Shown here: in pieces, positions 41,717-55,432 of the stretch
Numbering within the stretch: the stretch's first letter is position 1
Layout: each line of letters opens with the position of its first letter
Source: Macrostomum lignano
Taxonomy: Eukaryota
NCBI GenBank assembly: GCA_002269645.1
Contig: NIVC01001994.1
Coordinates: forward strand, 1 to 64,000
Direction: 5' to 3'
Length of the DNA: 64,000 nt
Translations under genes and position numbers: made by a program
The notes under the pieces: model-generated
What the model was told of the DNA's origin: nothing
The model's database searches: none
What the model saw: the letters and a program-made list of their open reading frames with translations, nothing else

Positions 41717-44018
41717 AGTGCTCTAAATAACGAGACTCCTGTTTTCTCACTCGACCGGAATTTTTTGTTTAATCTGCTTAACTAATCTCTGCGTTTCAGT
41801 TTTTAGTTTCACTGTTAATTTTAGGTTTTTTCTAAGCGCAAGTGTAATTGAATTTTTTATTCATATTAGTCAGGCATATTGCGTACAGCATTATAGCGTA
41901 TTAGTTAAGGTAAAGGTAAATAGACTGCTTGTAACTAGTTTTTCCTTCATGTGGATTGGCTTTAACGAAGCCTTTTGTATTTCAAGTAATGCTGAATTCG
42001 CTGGACTGAGGACAATATAGTTACACGATGATATGCTATTCCTTCACTTTCAATAGATCATACTATTAGTATGGGACGTGCTTTTTTATTTCAATGTATG
42101 CTTTTTTTCATCATTTAAATGCTAAAAATACTTAATAGGTCATTGCACTGTGTGTATGTGTGTGTTTTCGTGTGTCAAAAAAAATTGCAAAATAAGTGCC
42201 CACCATTGTATACCGTACCAACAAGTGCCCGGTGCGTGATTGTGTGTGTGTGTGTGTGTGTGTGAGTTCTGTGGTTCTGACTCGCTGAAGTCTAAAGTCT
42301 GACTAAACACATGCAGGATCGACACTTCAAAGTTAGCCATAGACTGTTTGATTAAAAAGAATTTTGTATCGTTAAAATTTGCTTGTCAACTCGTCATCGG
42401 AGCTGGACGACTCAAAGATTTATTAGCTCGTAGCCAACATATTATAAAAGTACTACGGAACCTTTCAAGCTACCGAAAAATGCCGGATGATCAGCCAGTT
42501 TTCACAATCGATAACTCCCTTGCAGAGGAGACTATGAGAAGTTTTGTGAGACGGCACTGGACTACAGTGTACTTTTGCATTGGTCTGCTGGTGCACATTG
42601 GATGCCTGGTTGTACTGCATAGGACTGAGACTAATTCTGAGGTATGGCTGTGTTGCTTTGTGTTTGAGCCTGTTTGGCTAGATTAGCAATCCATTCTGTT
42701 CCTTCATTCATGATGTTGATGGCTAGATTAGCAATCCATTCTGTTCCTTCATTCATGGTGTTGATGGCTAGATTAGCAATCCATTCTGTTCCTTCATTCA
42801 TGATGTTGGCTAGATTAGCAATCCATTCTGTTCCTTCATTCATGATGTTTGGCTAGATTAGCAATCCATTCTATTCCTTCATCTATGATGATGTTGATGG
42901 CTAGACTAGCAATCCATTCTATTCCTTCATCCATGATGTTTGGCTAGATTAGCAATCCATTCTATTCCTTCATCCATGATGATGTTGATGGCTAGACTAG
43001 CAATCCATTCTATTCCTTCATCCATGATGTTTGGCTAGATTAGCAATCCATTCTGTTCCTTCATTCATGATGTTGGCTAGATTAGCAATCCATTCTGTTC
43101 CTTCATTCATGATGTTTGGCTAGATTAGCAATCCATTCTGTTCCTTCATTCATGATGTTGGCTAGATTAGCAATTCATTCTATTCCTTCATCCATGATGT
43201 TTGGCTAGATTAGCAATTCATTTTATTTGCTCATACTTATTTTCACGTCAAGCCTTTTTGTGAGGCAAGTGAAATCAAGCAAGTTACGCTAATAAATTGC
43301 AGACGCCACCGCAAGGCTACCAGCTGACCTTGCAGAGGATAGCGGCCCTATTGATGTACGTTAACGTCATAGCGATGGCTCTGATGGTGCTGCTTGATTC
43401 GCACCTGAGCATCCGTTGGCAGCGAGCCAACTCGCCGCTCAACATTGTTGAAGAGGATTCGGATCTGCCAATGACTAAAAGCGAAGCCGAAGGTGAACTT
43501 AGGTTGATCTCGAAGTTCTCCAGGAAGGAATGGGAGCCGGTTATGAATGTGAGTACATGATCTTTACTTCAAGTCTCGAAGGTCAATTGACCCCGCCTTA
43601 ATTCAGATGTAGTGTTAGATATAAGTATAACTGGATTGTTACAAAAAACCCTGGAACGAATCACCCTCAATTCCTGCACCATTCCAAGGTCGTCGGTCAC
43701 GTGAGCAAAGCAACAATCGCAATTTTCTCCTGGGTTCTGACTCTGGCAATTCTCGTCAACATTGTGACATTGTTTATCCCGCCTGGCATTATGCCAAGCC
43801 TGGCCACACAGGCCACTCTGTTCAGTTTGGCCATACCTGGCCTGCTGTGCCTCCTGGCCTGCCTGCTGTTCGTGCTGCACCACATGTACTTTAAGTATCG
43901 ACAGGCTCGCAAGACGTTCAGTCGGACTATTATCAATATGAGCCGTTCGCAACCTCCCGGTTCGTACAATCCGCTGAGATCGGCTTCGATGGATTCAGAT
44001 TTTCCGGCGGAAGAGTAA
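41548..44018 (+). CDS. Unrecognised 4-TM membrane protein (~311 aa); exons 41548(or 41582)-41699, 42434-42641, 43303-43548, 43689-44018
   Basis: The last three exons have good GT-AG sites, consistent phases and four hydrophobic helices (VYFCIGLLVHIGCLVVL; IAALLMYVNVIAMALMVLL; IAIFSWVLTLAILVNIVTLFI; LFSLAIPGLLCLLACLLFVL). The 5' exon inside the repeat is inferred and has a weak donor GTAATG. Confidence 0.65.
42673..43220. repeat. 42-45-bp minisatellite family, locus 2 (reverse orientation), in an intron of the 4-TM gene
   Basis: About 13 copies of TTGGCTAGATTAGCAATCCATTCTRTTCCTTCAT. Confidence 0.97.
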
Positions 44019-44537
44019 AGCCGTGCAAGTTCAAGAAACATCTTCAGTGTGACACTTGTGGGCGTGTAATTATAATGTAAATTCAGGTTTGTTATAATTG
44101 ATGACAGTTCTGAGAGGTTGATTGACAAAGTTTCTTAAGCGTCAATTACATAGGCTTATACTCTCATTTCGAAGGGTTGCGTATAGCTGTATAGTAGTTA
44201 AATTTTATGCAGTCGTCGTCTTATATAACTCTAAACTAGACGTTCAAACGCTATTAATAATATCATTTAATTTATTAGATCTAGCTAATTAAATAAATGA
44301 TAAAATATCCAATAAATAAAATGTCTTATTTTTTAACCAAAGTAGCGTAAAGTAGATTGGTTGTATTAATCATTTGTTTGACAACAATGAAAATGCTTTT
44401 ATACCTAAATAGCAATATACCTCGTATGTTGTGAGTACTTCATTTGAATATTACATATTGACATACATTTATAACAAATTCTGCGCGTTTCAATAATAAT
44501 AATACAATCAGTTGGCGGGAAAATTTTACTTTGATTT

Positions 44538-47500
44538 TTAGTCTTTCCTGGCGCCAAGTCGTTGAATGAGTTCTCGAGACCGCCTGAAACGGTTGGGCGT
44601 GATGCGATGGATCGCGGTTATTAGTTAAAGTATTTAAAAACTTTTTTTAAAAACTTCAACTTTAGGATGCATATTAACAAATTTAAATTCAGTCGCTACT
44701 TTAATAATAAATGTTGTAAATGGTAGATAATATCTATAAAAGAAAAAATATTAAAAATTGAGTGAAACAAACGAAATTTTAGGAGTTGGAATACTATATG
44801 ATCTATTTGGCGACTTCTTTAGTTGGAAAAGTGTCACTTCTATATATTTTGTATTGGAAATGCGAGTATATTTTTCCAGTTTAAAAATACCTTTAACGAG
44901 GCAGAAAAAAGTTGCATTTAATTTTATGTAGATTCACGTTTTCTTCACTGTTTTTACACATTGTAAACTTTCTTCGCATAAAAAATGATATTTGTTAAAA
45001 TTATCAAAAATCGTACAATCGTACCGAGTCAGATCTTCAACCTCAACCAGCATCGAGTCCTGTTCCATTTGTAGTGAATCTCGTTCGATAAGACAGCCCA
45101 CAAGCTGTTCGTTGAAGCCTATTAGTGGATGCAATTTGAACTTTAATTTATGCAGAAGCTTTCATTGTAGTATCACCCCTCCCTTTATAATTAGTCCCAG
45201 CTTCTTACCCTTGACTCTATCTAGCAGATCTTGCTGTACTTTTTGCAGTTCAATCAATGAGACGCAGCTCAAATCTTGAAAAACATTTGGCAAGCTTTTT
45301 GGCAAAATTGAGCGCTCAATCTGCAGCTGCATTCGGGCCATTGGCTCGGCCTGCGGGTTCGAGAGAGTGTTTGACGTTTTTACTGCAGAAACTGTATTTA
45401 CTACTGAAAAAGTAATATGTCTGGTCTGTGGGTCTCTAACTTAAAAAATTCAAGAGTTGCAGAATGCAGAATGAGAGAGAGATGTAGTTAACAATAAATT
45501 TTAGAGAATGGTAGATGTAGGGAACGGTAGATGTAGGGAACGGTAGATGTGTAGGAAACGGTTTGTAGAGAACGGTAGATGTAGGGAACAGTAGAGATGT
45601 AGGGAACGGTAGATGTAGGGAACAGTAGAGATGTAGGGAACGGTAGATGTAGGGAACAGTAGAGATGTAGGGAACAGTAGAGATGTAGGGAACGGTAGAT
45701 GTAGGGAACAGTAGAGATGTAGGGAACGGTAGATGTAGGGAACAGTAAAGATGTAGGGAACGGTAGATGTAGGGAACAGTAGAGATGTAGGGAACGGTAG
45801 ATGTAGGGAACAGTAGAGATGTAGGGAACGGTAGATGTAGGGAACAGTAGAGATGTAGGGAACAGTAGAGATGTAGGGAACGGTAGATGTAGGGAACAGT
45901 AGAGATGTAGGGAACGGTAGATGTAGGGAACGGTAGAGATGTAGGGAACGGTAGATGTAGGGAACAGTAGAGATGTAGGGAACGGTAGATGTAGGGAACA
46001 GTAGAGATGTAGGGAACGGTAGATGTAGGGAACAGTAGAGATGTAGGGAACGGTAGATGTAGGGAACGGTAGATGTAGGGAACAGTAAAGATGTAGGGAA
46101 CGGTAGATGTAGGGAACAGTAGAGATGTAGGGAACGGTAGATGTAGGGAACAGTAAAGATGTAGGGAACGGTAGATGTAGGGAACAGTAGAGATGTAGGG
46201 AACAGTAGATGTAGGGAACAGTAGAGATGTAGGGAACGGTAGATGTAGGGAACGTATTCAGGAAGCAGATGTTAGGAACGAGTATCTAGGGGATGTAGAC
46301 GCAAGAGGACACGTAAATGTTAAGAATATATGATGTAGGGAACGGGAACTTCTGAGATTTAGTCAAAGAACGCGCACCTGAGCCATGGCCAGCTCAGCTT
46401 CCGCCTTCAACCTGGCCTGTTGAGCGCTAATTCCGTCGGAGCTGCCGCATAACGTTGACCAATCGATATCACCGCTGCCACCACACGTGTCATGTCCAAC
46501 TGTTTCGCCGCTGCTTATGAGCAAGTCGTTCAAAGCTGAGCAGGCGGCTAGCAGCTCCGGCTCAAGTGGTCGGCGGGTGCGCAGCTTTGATTGGGGCTTG
46601 AAACGGTTGTTTTAGAGAAATATGATTTATAATTAATTTTTTTATAGTGTTTGCTTTGCTCGAGACGGCCCAGGGACGTTTACCGGCAACTGGGTCCCTC
46701 CAACTGCGAGAGAGTTCACAGCTCGCTTCCGCTGGCTTTTGTGGTTTACTGGCCATGGCCACGATGTCCATCCATACATTTAACTGAGTTTTGCGCGGTA
46801 GTCCCAAAGCAAGAGAGGGGAGAAAAGACGAAACGACAAATACTTGAAGTTAGTGGAGGCGCGCTTTAAATAGCAGAGCAGAGGGGTGGGAGAGAGATGG
46901 GGGGGGCGGGGCAGTCAGCGGGCAGCCACGACACCCCATCCCGCCGGCCAGCCAATCACGAGCCGCGGCGTCTGAGAGAGGGCAGAAAAGACAAGTACTC
47001 GTAGGTCAGGCCAGGGTGAGCCTCCAAACCCGGCCTGACCCACTGGCCCAACCAGAGCGCGCGGAGGGAGAGAGAGTAGTAAGACACAACTGCCTATCTA
47101 GACTAGCGCAACAGTAGCATGAGGTGAACATTCGAATCGCTTTTTCAAAGCTTGATTAAAACTAACGTTGACCAATCGATAATCAACTTAAATTAAGACA
47201 GGAAACTATACAAAAATGCTCCTTTGATTGTTGTCTTAACGGATTCGCATTTTTGCATGACGGTCTCATTTCTCTGATTATAATCAAGCTAGACATAAGT
47301 GCACCAACCTTGGGACAAAACGCACACTTGCTCCATTCGCCTGATTGCGATTCGGAAGTTGAGCATGTGAAAATAAATTATTAAACCAGTGCTAAAAAAG
47401 CATCCAATCTCGCTAATGCATTTTGCAGCGAACACTGGCCTTCAGCGAGCCTCCATGGCCTCGCACCAATTGCCGGAGTGTAGCGTTCTTACTTTAGTTG

Positions 47501-48376
47501 TCAATGTTTTTTTTCAAGTTCGAAAATACCAAAAGAACTTTCTTTCTCTATTAACGCATTGGCAAAAACCTCAGGCTCGCTAAAATTGTAGATTTTATTA
47601 GAGAAATATTAATGGACAGTTTAAATAGCTTAAAACAAAACTATAGTTTTAATATTGCATTGGCGAGTTGATGGGAGGTAATTGTCTTGTTGTGTTTTTG
47701 TTTAAATCAACAAGTGTTTTGCACTCTCTTGAAGTACTTCACAAGGACGATCTTTTGTTTTCTTAGAGTAACGAAAATTGACTTAAAGTAAACGCAACCC
47801 TTAGCATTAAAGATCGGACTTACCTCTTTCTCCGTTTTTATTTGTTTCATTGATAAACTGCCGAGCGGACAGATCTGAAAAATGTAGGGGGGGGGGGTAA
47901 GGTGAGATAAGGTGAGATAATTAGGGATAGTGTTGGGCTTGGGTGGAGCGAGTTCAGGTGAGATAATTAGGGCGCTAGTGTTGGACAGGGGCAAGTTCAG
48001 GTGAGATAATTAGGGCTAGTGTTGAGCGGTAGCCAGTTCAGGTGAGAGAGTTAGGCCTTGTGTTGGGCGGAAGTAAAATAACTCACTAAAATTTATCAAC
48101 TAAAAGTTATTTCTAACTTCGTGAACCAATAATTCACACCTGCAGAGATTTTGGCGGTCTACGAAAGTTCTGCCATTCGCTTTGGCGGCCGCCATCTGGG
48201 CCGCTTAAATCCTCATCGCCATCTTCATCAATATCGGAAGCTGCGTCGTTTCGGTAGCACAGCTGCATGCTGGCGCCCTCGCTCAGGCTGTGTCGGAGAG
48301 CCGACTGACTGCCGCTCATTGTGGGGCGGGCACTGCGAGCTCGATTGTGAGGCTGGTTACTCGGAAGAGGGGGCAA
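44538..48376 (-). CDS. SCHIP1-like: Schwannomin-interacting protein 1 (SCHIP1)-like; exons ~48376-48140, 46783-46684, 46535-46378, 45350-45209, 45118-45025, 44583-44538; further 5' exons likely (e.g. ~48950-49050)
   Basis: SMQLCYRND, QARLKAEAELAMAQAEPMARMQLQIE and FNEQLVGCLIERDSLQMEQDSMLVEVEDLTR match the conserved SCHIP1 C-terminal coiled coil as I recall it ([31 protein letters not shown]). Phases are consistent. Confidence 0.85.
45508..46253. repeat. 16/18-bp minisatellite (GTAGGGAACGGTAGAT / GTAGGGAACAGTAGAGAT)n in a SCHIP1 intron
   Basis: About 43 copies directly visible. Confidence 0.97.
47895..48070. repeat. Degenerate ~40-bp tandem repeat (CAGGTGAGATAATTAGGGCTAGTGTTG...)
   Basis: About 4-5 copies of GGTGAGATAATTAGGG. 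Confidence 0.7.
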
Positions 48377-48459
48377 TCGGATGACGCAACATTTTAGTGA
48401 TTGACAGGTGATAGTTAGCTCAAGCGCTGATCAGTCCAAGGACTAGGTGGGGGGATCGC

Positions 48460-48493
<34 letters not shown>

Positions 48494-48498
48494 CACAC

Positions 48499-48532
<34 letters not shown>
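48460..48532. repeat. (CA)n microsatellite abutting SINE copy 2
   Basis: Direct observation. Confidence 0.95.
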
Positions 48533-48535
<3 letters not shown>

Positions 48536-48545
48536 CAATTACCCT

Positions 48546-48709
48546 AGCTAATGCTGGCACCCATTTTACAGCTGGGTGAACTGAAGCAATGCAGAGTTGA
48601 GTGTCTTGCTCAAGGACACAAATTGTTCCAGTGGGATCGGGAATCGAACCCTCGACCTTTAAGTCGTGAGTTCGACGCTCTAACCACTAGGCTATAACTC
48701 CCTACACTA
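48546..48709 (-). mobile_element. tRNA-derived CORE-type SINE, copy 2
   Basis: Highly similar to 9041-9204, with A/B boxes and the CTGTAAAATGGG CORE motif on the minus strand. Confidence 0.85.
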
Positions 48710-49338
48710 CTGGTGAATATTTAAATTCAACATGCACTTAGAACATGACTTACCATGATTGAAAAGAGAGCGAAAACCTTGCAATGAGAAACAAGTGCAA
48801 TATGATAACTAGATATTAATATGAAAAAACTGCAGTATATACAGATTCAAAGCTTATGCTTCAGCCAATGACAGGTCATACTTAAACTGCAAGCAGCAAC
48901 CGACTGAAGTTTCAACAGCAAGACAGTAGAAAATTTGTACTTTTCAATTTGTCCAATCCTCATTGATGAGCTGCTGCTGGCAAATAAAATTCCTGCAACT
49001 GCCCGAAGTAAGATCTGTTCTCTCTCATTCTCCGGCACACTGATCAATATTTCGAATAAGGCTGATGAGACCTCAGTCAAAATTGATTTTTCATGCGAAA
49101 TTAATTTTCTCTATCTCTCAAGACATATAACTGTTGGAGAGAGATAAACAGCTTATGGGAGAGGGCAAAGGGGCGAGCAGTGACCAAATAGGATTGCTTG
49201 ATGAGGCAGATTTGAAATCAAGATATTGAGGAGTATTGACACTGCATAGGAAAAAGATCCATTTTCCCCATTTTTCCGGGAAATCAAAAGCCGTTAGCTA
49301 GTCGCCAAGGAGACTTTTACCAGAAGCTTTTTATTATC

Positions 49339-52300
49339 AATCTATTCTATTTCTTCATCCATGATGTTGGCTCGATTAGCAATCCATTCTATTCCTTCAT
49401 TCATGATGTTGATGGCTAGATTAGCAATCCATTCTATTCCTTCATCCATGATGTTGGCTAGATTAGCAATCCATTCTATTCCTTCATTCATGATGTTGAT
49501 GGCTAGATTAGCAATCCATTCTATTCCTTCATTCATGATGTTGGCTAGATTAGCAATCCATTCTATTCCTTCATTCATGATGTTGATGGCTAGATTAGCA
49601 ATCCATTCTATTCCTTAATCCATGATGTTGGCTAGATTAGCAATCCATTCTATTCCTTCATCCATGATGTTGGCTAGATTAGCAATCCATTCTATTCCTT
49701 CATCCATGATGTTGGCTAGATTAGCAATCCATTCTATTCCTTCATCTATGATATTGATGGCTAGATTAGCAATCCATTCTATTCCTTCATCCATGATGTT
49801 TGGCTAGATTAGCAATCCATTCTATTCCTTCATCCATGATGTTGGCTAGATTAGCAATCCATTCTATTCCTTAATCCATGATGTTGGCTAGATTAGCAAT
49901 CCATTCTATTCCTTCATCCATGATGTTGGCTAGATTAGCAATCTATTCTATTCCCTCATCATGTCGGCTAGATTAGGAATCCATTCTATTCCTTCATCCA
50001 TGATGTTGGCTAGATTAGCAATCCATTCTATTCCTTCATCCATGATGTTGGCTAGATTAGCAATCCATTCTATTCCTTCTTCCATGATGTTGGCTAGATT
50101 AGCAATCCATTCTATTCCTTCATCTATGATATTGATGGCTAGATTAGCAATCCATTCTATTCCTTCATCCATGATGTTGGCTAGATTAGCAATCTATTCT
50201 ATTCCCTCATCATGTCGGCTAGATTAGGAATCCATTCTATTCCTTCATCCATGATGTTGGCTAGATTAGCAATCCATTCTATTCCTTCATGCATGCTGTT
50301 GGCTAGATTAGCAATCCATTCTATTCCTTCATCTATGATATTGATGGCTAGATTAGCAATCCATTCTATTCCTTCATCCATGATGTTGGCTAGATTAGCA
50401 ATCCATTCTATTCCTTCATCCATGATGTTGGCTAGATTAGCAATCCATTCTATTCCTTCATCTATGATATTGATGGCTAGATTAGCAATCCATTCTATTC
50501 CTTAATCCATGATGTTGGCTAGATTAGCAATCCATTATATTCCTTCATCCATGATGTTGGCTAGATTAGCAATCCATTCTATTCCTTCATCCATGATGTT
50601 GGCTAGATTAGCAATCCATTCTATTCCTTCATCTATGATATTGATGGCTAGATTAGCAATCCATTCTATTCCTTCATTCATGATGTTGATGGCTAGATTA
50701 GCAATCCATTCTATTCCTTCATCCATGATGTTGGCTAGATTAGCAATCCATTCTATTCCTTCATTCATGATGTTGATGGCTAGATTAGCAATCCATTCTA
50801 TTCCTTCATTCATGATGTTGGCTAGATTAGCAATCCATTCTATTCCTTCATTCATGATGTTGATGGCTAGATTAGCAATCCATTCTATTCCTTAATCCAT
50901 GATGTTGGCTAGATTAGCAATCCATTCTATTCCTTCATCCATGATGTTGGCTAGATTAGCAATCCATTCTATTCCTTCATCCATGATGTTGGCTAGATTA
51001 GCAATCCATTCTATTCCTTCATCTATGATATTGATGGCTAGATTAGCAATCCATTCTATTCCTTCATCCATGATGTTTGGCTAGATTAGCAATCCATTCT
51101 ATTCCTTCATCCATGATGTTGGCTAGATTAGCAATCCATTCTATTCCTTAATCCATGATGTTGGCTAGATTAGCAATCCATTCTATTCCTTCATCCATGA
51201 TGTTGGCTAGATTAGCAATCTATTCTATTCCCTCATCATGTCGGCTAGATTAGGAATCCATTCTATTCCTTCATCCATGATGTTGGCTAGATTAGCAATC
51301 CATTCTATTCCTTCATCCATGATGTTGGCTAGATTAGCAATCCATTCTATTCCTTCATCCATGATGTTGGCTAGATTAGCAATCCATTCTATTCCTTCAT
51401 CTATGATATTGATGGCTAGATTAGCAATCCATTCTATTCCTTCATCCATGATGTTGGCTAGATTAGCAATCTATTCTATTCCCTCATCATGTCGGCTAGA
51501 TTAGGAATCCATTCTATTCCTTCATCCATGATGTTGGCTAGATTAGCAATCCATTCTATTCCTTCATGCATGATGTTGGCTAGATTAGCAATCCATTCTA
51601 TTCCTTAATCCATGATGTTGGCTAGATTAGCAATCCATTCTATTCCTTCATCCATGATGTTGGCTAGATTAGCAATCTATTCTATTCCTTAATCCATGAT
51701 GTTGGCTAGATTAGCAATCCATTCTATTCCTTCATCTATGATATTGATGGCTAGATTAGCAATCCATTCTATTCCTTCATCCATGATGTTGGCTAGATTA
51801 GCAATCCATTCTATTCCTTCATCCATGATGTTGGCTAGATTAGCAATCCATTCTATTCCTTCATCTATGATATTGATGGCTAGATTAGCAATCCATTCTA
51901 TTCCTTAATCCATGATGTTGGCTAGATTAGCAATCCATTCTATTCCTTCATCCATGATGTTGGCTAGATTAGCAATCCATTCTATTCCTTCATCCATGAT
52001 GTTGGCTAGATTAGCAATCCATTCTATTCCTTCATCTATGATATTGATGGCTAGATTAGCAATCCATTCTATTCCTTCATTCATGATGTTGATGGCTAGA
52101 TTAGCAATCCATTCTATTCCTTCATCCATGATGTTGGCTAGATTAGCAATCCATTCTATTCCTTCATTCATGATGTTGATGGCTAGATTAGCAATCCATT
52201 CTATTCCTTCATTCATGATGTTGGCTAGATTAGCAATCCATTCTATTCCTTCATTCATGATGTTGATGGCTAGATTAGCAATCCATTCTATTCCTTAATC

Positions 52301-53425
52301 CATGATGTTGGCTAGATTAGCAATCCATTCTATTCCTTCATCCATGATGTTGGCTAGATTAGCAATCCATTCTATTCCTTCATCCATGATGTTGGCTAGA
52401 TTAGCAATCCATTCTATTCCTTCATCTATGATATTGATGGCTAGATTAGCAATCCATTCTATTCCTTCATCCATGATGTTTGGCTAGATTAGCAATCCAT
52501 TCTATTCCTTCATCCATGATGTTGGCTAGATTAGCAATCCATTCTATTCCTTAATCCATGATGTTGGCTAGATTAGCAATCCATTCTATTCCTTCATCCA
52601 TGATGTTGGCTAGATTAGCAATCCATCCTATTCCTTCATCTATGATATTGATGGCTAGATTAGCAATCCATTCTATTCCTTCATCCATGATGTTGGCTAG
52701 ATTAGCAATCTATTCTATTCCCTCATCATGTCGGCTAGATTAGGAATCCATTCTATTCCTTCATCCATGATGTTGGCTAGATTAGCAATCCATTCTATTC
52801 CTTCATGCATGATGTTGGCTAGATTAGCAATCCATTCTATTCCTTAATCCATGATGTTGGCTAGATTAGCAATCCATTCTATTCCTTCATCCATGATGTT
52901 GGCTAGATTAGCAATCCATTCTATTCCTTCATCCATGATGTTGGCTAGATTAGCAATCCATTCTATTCTTTCATCTATGATATTGATGGCTAGATTAGCA
53001 ATCCATTCTATTCCTTCATCCATGATGTTTGGCTAGATTAGCAATCCATTCTATTCCTTCATCCATGATGTTGGCTAGATTAGCAATCCATTCTATTCCT
53101 TAATCCATGATGTTGGCTAGATTAGCAATCCATTCTATTCCTTCATCCATGATGTTGGCTAGATTAGCAATCCATTCTATTCCTTCATCTATGATATTGA
53201 TGGCTAGATTAGCAATCCATTCTATTCCTTCATCCATGATGTTTGGCTAGATTAGCAATCCATTCTATTCCTTCATGCATGATGTTGGCTAGATTAGCAA
53301 TCCATTCTATTCCTTAATCCATGATGTTGGCTAGATTAGCAATCCATTCTATTCCTTCATCCATGATGTTGGCTAGATTAGCAATCTATTCTATTCCCTC
53401 ATCATGTCGGCTAGATTAGGAATCC
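49339..53425. repeat. 42-45-bp minisatellite family, locus 3 (4.1 kb), with higher-order duplications of 1277 and 1403 bp
   Basis: Variant units recur at offsets of 1277 (49961/51238; 49622/50899) and 1403 (50509/51912; 50899/52302). Confidence 0.98.
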
Positions 53426-53988
53426 ACTGTGTCCTTACAATCAAGGACGAGATAAAAAAGCTGTTTATTCTGCATATATTGAGCTATACAAAGCCCTAAG
53501 CATCATCCCAATATCTCATTGCTTCGCAAGCACAGCTAAATGAAAATATTTCAAACCTTCTACTTGTTTCTCTTCCTTCGCACACATGGTTCAGGAATTT
53601 CCCAGAGCAATCGCAAAATCTGCGAGCATTTGAGAGCAACAGAAATGTCGAGAGCAGGGATCGCAGCTAGCCTTAAGCTGCTGAGCAAATATTTGAGAAC
53701 AGAGTTGGGAAACAGGCCTGCAAAGAGAAAGCTATAGCTGTTTTATCCTTAAAATAATCAGCAATATCATCATCATAAAGAGAGAAATCTACATCAGAAT
53801 CTCCCTAGACCCTACTATATTTTTACGATGCATAGGAGCAACTATAAAAGTCAGATATAATGTTCAACTATACTACTGACAGTTCAAAACAAACAGACAG
53901 TAGTATTGCTGCTGATGAGAAGCAGGTTTAATCAATTGAAATGCGAATCGAATGGGAGGATCTCTATGCTGATTGTCAAGAGAAACGG

Positions 53989-54100
<112 letters not shown>

Positions 54101-54864
54101 GCAAGTCGTGACAAAACGCTCTAAGTAAGTTATAATAAGGCACTTAAAATATTTGTTATTACAGGCGCTTGAACTTGTTATAATTAGGCACTTAAAATAC
54201 TCGTAGTTATAATTACGTGCACCTAAGTTACGAATAATTATTTAGTGTTCCAGTTTTCTACTCATTCTAGAAACTGTCCGAAAAGACTAATGCAGATTAT
54301 TTTCCAAATGATTGCTTAACGATATTAATTCATTAATTCTCAAACGAAAATGAAGGATTCTGTTGGGGGACTTTAACAAGAGTTTCTCGTCTAGCTCTTA
54401 TCTTAACTACTTTCTGAGTAGTTAGGCGCCTTTGAAACGTGCTCAAGCATTCGATTTCGTACTAATCCAAGGAGCCGAGCTTGGAGCAAACTAACTAACT
54501 GACTGACCGACCGCAGGCAGTAATCCCATTATAGCTAGCAGGCAAAATCTAGTCAAGAGTTCAGCTGGTCTACATTATATACTGCAGCTATACATTGGCT
54601 ATTGAAATTGATTTCTGCGAGGGCCAACCGCGGCCTACTGGATTGCAGAGGAGGTCAATCAAGCTGGACACTCTCAAGCCGGACGAATTCAAGTGATTTG
54701 AGGGCGGCGGCGTGGAAGGCAGAGAGAATGTTTAAGAATTCCTCCGTAAAAGCAACTTGAGAAGCTGAGAGAGGCGCGCGACATGGCTTTGAGGACTGAT
54801 TTGAGAAGAGTTTGATGAAGCATTCGTGGAGCTGCGCAAATTATGCAGGACATCCTATTGCTTC

Positions 54865-54952
54865 TGTGTGTTTGCCTGCCTGCCTGCCTACAAGTGTCTG
54901 TCTGTGTGTCTGTCTGTCTGTCTGTGTGTTTGCCTGCCTGCCTGCCTGCAAG

Positions 54953-55015
<63 letters not shown>

Positions 55016-55050
55016 GTGTTTGCCTGCCTGCCTGCCTGCAAGTGTCTGTA

Positions 55051-55135
<85 letters not shown>

Positions 55136-55240
55136 TAGTGTCTGTGTGTCTGTCTGTGTGTCTGTCTGTGTGTCTGTCTGTGTGTATGTCTGTCTGTCTG
55201 TCTGTCTTAGTGTCTGTGTGTCTGTCTGTGTGTCTGTCTA

Positions 55241-55317
<77 letters not shown>

Positions 55318-55432
55318 GTGTCTGTCTGTCTGTGTGTCTGTCTGTCTGTCTGTCTGTCTGCCTTAGTGTCTATCTGTCTGTCTGTGTGTCTGTCTATATG
55401 TCTGTCTGTCTGTCTGTCTGTCTGCCTGTCTG
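54865..55432. repeat. Compound (GTCT)n/(GCCT)n microsatellite
   Basis: Direct observation; explains the VCLS ORFs. Confidence 0.97.
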
